Assembly (NCBI RefSeq): GCF_009914755.1
Contig: NC_060940.1
Strand: one strand, 5' to 3'
Origin: the human T2T-CHM13v2.0 reference genome, Homo sapiens
DNA: 64,000 nt
Shown here: positions 59,601-64,000 of the stretch, in pieces
Layout of the letters: each line of letters starts with the position of its first letter
How positions within the stretch are numbered: the stretch's first letter is position 1
The notes under the pieces: generated by a model
Databases searched by the model: none
The model's input: only the letters and a program-made list of their open reading frames with translations
What the model was told of the DNA's origin: nothing
Translations under genes and position numbers: made by a program

Positions 59601-62600
59601 ATTCCATTCTTGTCCATTCGATGATTCCATTTGATTCCATATGATGATGATTCCATTCGATTCCATACCATGATGATTCCATTCGAGTCCATTCAATGGT
59701 GATTCCATTCAATTCCATTCGATGATTCCTTTCGATTCCATTCGATGATGATGGCATTCGATTCCTTTCAATCATTCCCTTTGATTCCATTCAAAGGTGA
59801 TTTCATTCAAGTCCATTCGATAATTGCATTCGATTCCATTCTACGATGATTCCATTCGAGTCCATTTGATGATTCCATTCAATTCAAGTCAATGATGATT
59901 CCATTCGATTCCATTCGATGATTCCATTGGATTCCATTCGATGATGATTCCATTCAAATCCATTCGATAATTCAATTCAAGTCCATTCGATGATGATTCC
60001 AATCGAATCCATTCAAAGATTCCATTCAGTTCCATTCGATGATTCCCTTAGATTCCATTCGATGATTCCACTTGATTCCATTTACGATGATTCCATTCGA
60101 TTCCATGTGATGATTCCATTCAATTCTATTCAATGATGTCTCCATTTGATTCCATTCGACCATGATTGCCTTTGATTCCATTCAATGATTCCATTCGGTT
60201 CCGTTTGATGATGATTCCGTTCGATTCCATTTGATGATTCCATTTGATTCCATTGGATGAGTCCATTCGATTACATTCGATGATTATTCCATTCGAGTGC
60301 ATTAGATGATTCCATTCGAGTCCATTCGATGATTCCATTCGATTCCATTCGATGTTGATTCTGTTCAAATCCATTCGATGATTCCACTCGATTCCATTCG
60401 ATGACTCCATTTGATCCCATTCGATGATTTCCTTTGATTCCCTTTGATGATCATTCCATTTGATTCAATTCGGTGATTTCATTTGATTCCATTCAGTGAT
60501 GTTTCCATTCGACTCCATTCGATGATGATTCCATTCGACTCCATTCGATTATGATTTCATTCAATTCCATTCGATAATGATTCCCTTCGAGTCCATTCGA
60601 TGATTCCATTCGATTCCATTCAACGATGATTTGATTCGTGTCCATTCGATGATTCCATTTGATTCCACTTGATGATGATTCCATTCGAGTCCATTTGATG
60701 ATTCCATTCAATTCCATACTCCGATGAATTCTTTTGAGCCCACTCAATGCTTCCACTCGATTCCATATGATGATGACTCCATTCGATGAAATTCGATGAT
60801 GATTCCATTCGCTTGCTTTCGATGATGATTCCACTTGAGTCCGTTAGAAGATTCTATTGAATTACATTCCAGGACGATTCCGTTCGAGTCCATTTGATGA
60901 TTCCATTAGACTCCATTCGACGATGATTCCATTCGATGTTATTCGATGATTCCATTCGATCTCATTCGATGATGATTCCATTCAACTCCATTCGATGTTT
61001 CCATTCGAGTTCATTCTATTATTCCATTAGATTCCATTCGATGATGATTCCATTCGATTCCATTTGATGATTGCATTCTATTTCATTTGATGATGATTCC
61101 ATTCGAGTCCACTCGACGATTCCATTCGAGTCCATTTAATGAATCCATTGGTTTCAATTCTATGATGATTACATTGGATTCCATTCGTTGATGATTTCAT
61201 TCGGTTCCATTCAATGATGATTCCATTCAATTCCTTTCAATGTTTCCATTCAATTCCATACGATGATGATTCCATTTGATTTGATTCGACAGTGAGCCAT
61301 TCGATTCAATTCCATGATGATTCTATTTGATTCAATTGGTTGACATTTCCATTCGATTCCATTCGATGATGATTCCCTTTGATTCCATTCAAAGATGATT
61401 CCATTCTAGCCCATTCAATCATTCCATTCGATTCTATTCAATGATGATTCCATTCATGTCGATTTGGTGATTCCACTTGACTTCATTTGATGATGATTCC
61501 TTTCAAGTTCATTAGATGATTCCATTCGATTCCATTTGATGATGATCCCATTCGAGTCCATTCAGTGATTCCATTCGTTTCCATTCCATGATGATTCCAT
61601 TCCATTCCATTCAATGATTCCATTCGATTCCGTTTGATGATGATTTCATTCGAGTCCATTTGATGATTCCATTTGATTCCATTCGATGATGATTCCATTC
61701 GAGTCCATTCGATGATTCTATTCGAATCCATTTGATGATTTCTTTTGATTATAGTTGGTGATGATTCCATTGGAGTCCATTCAATGATTCCATTCGATTC
61801 CAATCGATGATGATTCCATTAGAGTCCATTTAATGTTTCCATTTGATTCCAGTCTCTGATGATTACATTCGAGTCCATACGATGATTCCACTCAATTCCA
61901 TATGATGATGATTCCATTTGATTCCATTCGGTGATTCCATTCTATTCTATTCAATGGTGATTCCATTCGAGTACATTAGATGATTCCATTCGATTCCATT
62001 CAATGATGATTCTATTTGTGTCCCTTAGATGATTCCACATGATTCCATTAGATGATGATACTATTTGAGCCCATCCAATGATTCCCTTCGATTCCATTCG
62101 ATGAGGATTCCATTCGATTCAATTCATTGGTGATTCTATTCAATTCAATTCTTTGATTCCATTCCATTCCATTCGACAATGATTCCATTCGATTTCTTTC
62201 GATGATTCCACTCGATTCCACTTGACATTGATTCCATTCGATTCCATTCAATGATTCCATTTGATTCCAGTGGATGATGATTGCCATCGATTCCATTCGA
62301 TCACTCCATTCTATTCCATTTGATGATGATTATATTCGATTCCATTTGATGATTCCATCTGATTCTATTCGAGGATTCCATTTGATTCCATTCGATGATG
62401 ATTCCATTCGAGTCCATTCGATGATTTCATTCGAGTACATCCAATGATTCCATTCGAGTCCATTAGATGATTCCATTTGATTCCATTTGATAATGATTCT
62501 ACTAGAGTCCATTCAATGACTCCATTGGAGTCCATTCAACAATTCCATTCGACTCCATTCGATGATTCCATTCGAGTCCATTTAATCATTACAGTCGAGT

Positions 62601-62747
62601 CCATTTGGTGATTCCACCGGATTTCTTCTGATAATGATATCATTCAATTACATTTGATGATGATCCCATTCAATTTCATTTGATGATGACTCCATTAGAG
62701 TCCATTCGATGATTTCATTCGAGTCCCTTCATTGATTCCATCCGATT
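56659..62747 (+). repeat. Higher-order unit 10 (6089 bp), canonical, near-identical to unit 9
   Basis: ORF track offsets are 6088 then 6089 relative to unit 9, and the two share private variants (GATGAATTCTTTT, CAGGACGATT). Confidence 0.92.
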
Positions 62748-64000
62748 TCATTGGATGATGACTCCATTCGAGTCCATTCGATGATTCCACTCGATTCCAT
62801 TAGATGATTCCATTGGAGTCCATTTGATTGTTCCATTCGATTCCATTCGATTCCTTTCGAAGATTATTCCATTTGAGTCCATTCGATGATGATTCCATTC
62901 CATTCCATTCGATGATTCCGTTTGATTCCATTCGATGATTCCCTTCGATTCCTTTCTTTGATGATTCCATTCCATTCCATTCAATGATTCCATTCGAATC
63001 TATTCCATGATGATTCCTTTCGATTCCATTCGCTGATGTTTCCGTTCAATTCCATTCGGTGATGATTCCATTCGATTCCATTCATTGAGGATTCCATTTG
63101 ATTCCATTCAATGATGATTCCGTTCTATTCCATTCAATGATTGCATTCAATTCTATTCAATGATTATCCCCTTAGAGTAAACTCAACGATTCCATTCAAT
63201 ACCATTCGATGATGATTCCTTTTGAGTCCATTCAATGATTTCATTCAATTCCATTTGATGATTCCTTTCAATTCCATTCTATGATGATTCCATTCGAGTC
63301 CATTCGATGATTCCATTCGATTGCATTCGATGATTCCATTATATTCCAGTCAACGATGATTCCATTCGAGTCCATTCGATGATTCCATTAGAGTACATTT
63401 AATGATTGCTTTGTTTTCAATTCGAAGATGATTACATTGGATTCCATTCTTTGATACCATTCGATTCCATTCAATGATGATTCCACTCAAATCCATTGGA
63501 TGATTCCATTCGTGTCCGTTCGGTGATTTCATTAGATTCCATTCGAGGATGATTCCATTCGATTCCATTCGATGATTCCATTCAATTCCATTCGATGATG
63601 ATTCCATTCCAGTCCATATGATCATTCCATTTGATTTCATTCGATGATGATTCCATTCGATTCCATTCGACGATTCCATTCTATTCCATTCGATGATGAT
63701 TCCATTCGAGTCCATTCGATGATTCCATTCGAGTCCATTTAATGATTCCATTGGGTTCAATTCAATGATGATTACATTGGATTCCGTTCTATGATTCCAT
63801 TCAATTCCGTTCATTGACAATTTGATTCCATTCGATGATGATTCCATTTGAGTTCATTCGATGATTCTATTCGATTCTCTTCGATGGTGATTCAATTCTA
63901 TTATATTGGATGATTCCATTCGATTCCATTTGATGTTGATTCAATTCGATTCTATTCGATGATGATTCCATTGGATTTCACTTGATGATTCTATTCGATT
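62748..64000 (+). repeat. Higher-order unit 11 (partial, truncated by window end)
   Basis: Anchor at 62748. Matches the starts of units 9 and 10, including TTCTTTGATACC and TTCCAGTCAACG. Confidence 0.9.

Larger units (their letters stand above)
1..64000 (+). repeat. Human satellite II (HSATII/HSat2) tandem array, CATTC strand on +, probably HSat2B with ~6.1 kb higher-order unit (chr16 pericentromeric type)
   Basis: Continuous ATTCCATTCG/AGTCCATTCG + (ATG)1-2 monomers with dense TCGA and GANTC sites, and only short pure (CATTC)n runs. This distinguishes it from HSat3. Unique landmarks (GGTTCCACAGGTTT, GGTAGGGTCC, GAGTAAACTCAACG) recur about every 6.1 kb. Subfamily and chromosome are recalled from the literature and are less certain than the family call. 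Confidence 0.97.

Noticed and set aside
44-63847. Numerous minus-strand ORFs of 60-165 aa rich in MESSNGIEWNH-like motifs
   Set aside because: They are direct translations of the GGAAT/CGAAT satellite strand, which supplies ATG in most monomers and relatively few stops, while the + strand has TGA in every frame. They overlap in several frames, are broken at random between units and show no recognisable domain.
1-64000. CRISPR-like or other repeat-spacer system
   Set aside because: There is no constant repeat separated by unique spacers. All sequence is degenerate monomer recurring at ~6.1 kb, with no associated genes.
1-64000. HSat3, alpha satellite or telomeric repeat
   Set aside because: Pure (CATTC)n runs are only a few copies long. 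I see no 171-bp period, CENP-B box or TTAGGG arrays. The ATG-punctuated 23/26-bp monomers are HSat2.
1-64000. Inversion or strand switch
   Set aside because: CATTC polarity is constant, with no GGAATGGAAT tracts on +, and all ORF artefacts stay on the minus strand.

Overview
The whole 64 kb window is one uninterrupted, single-orientation array of human/great-ape classical satellite II (HSATII/HSat2). It is built from degenerate CATTC-derived 23- and 26-bp monomers (ATTCCATTCG A[T/G]TCCATTCG ATG[ATG]) organised into a ~6.1 kb higher-order unit. That period fits the HSat2B subfamily of the chr16 pericentromeric block; this assignment is from recall and was not searched. Using a recurring landmark, unit starts fall at 44, 5865, 11953, 20275, 26328, 32250, 38318, 45119, 50571, 56659 and 62748, giving lengths of 5821, 6088, 8322, 6053, 5922, 6068, 6801, 5452, 6088 and 6089 bp. 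I see no genes, RNA genes, transposon insertions or inversions, and every ORF is a translation artefact of the repeat. I found no new gene system. The signals of interest are structural: (1) microhomology-bounded rearrangements (3241-bp and 734-bp jump-backs; 1028-, 640-, 141- and 98-bp deletions); (2) five breakpoints clustered in one ~260-bp zone of the unit; (3) a ~0.9 kb HSat2 segment found only once; (4) recent block duplications at offsets 8322, 6801 and 6088/6089; (5) indels quantised in 23/26/49 bp; (6) a DUX4-type motif intact in all 11 copies. Coordinates were read by eye and may be off by a few bases.
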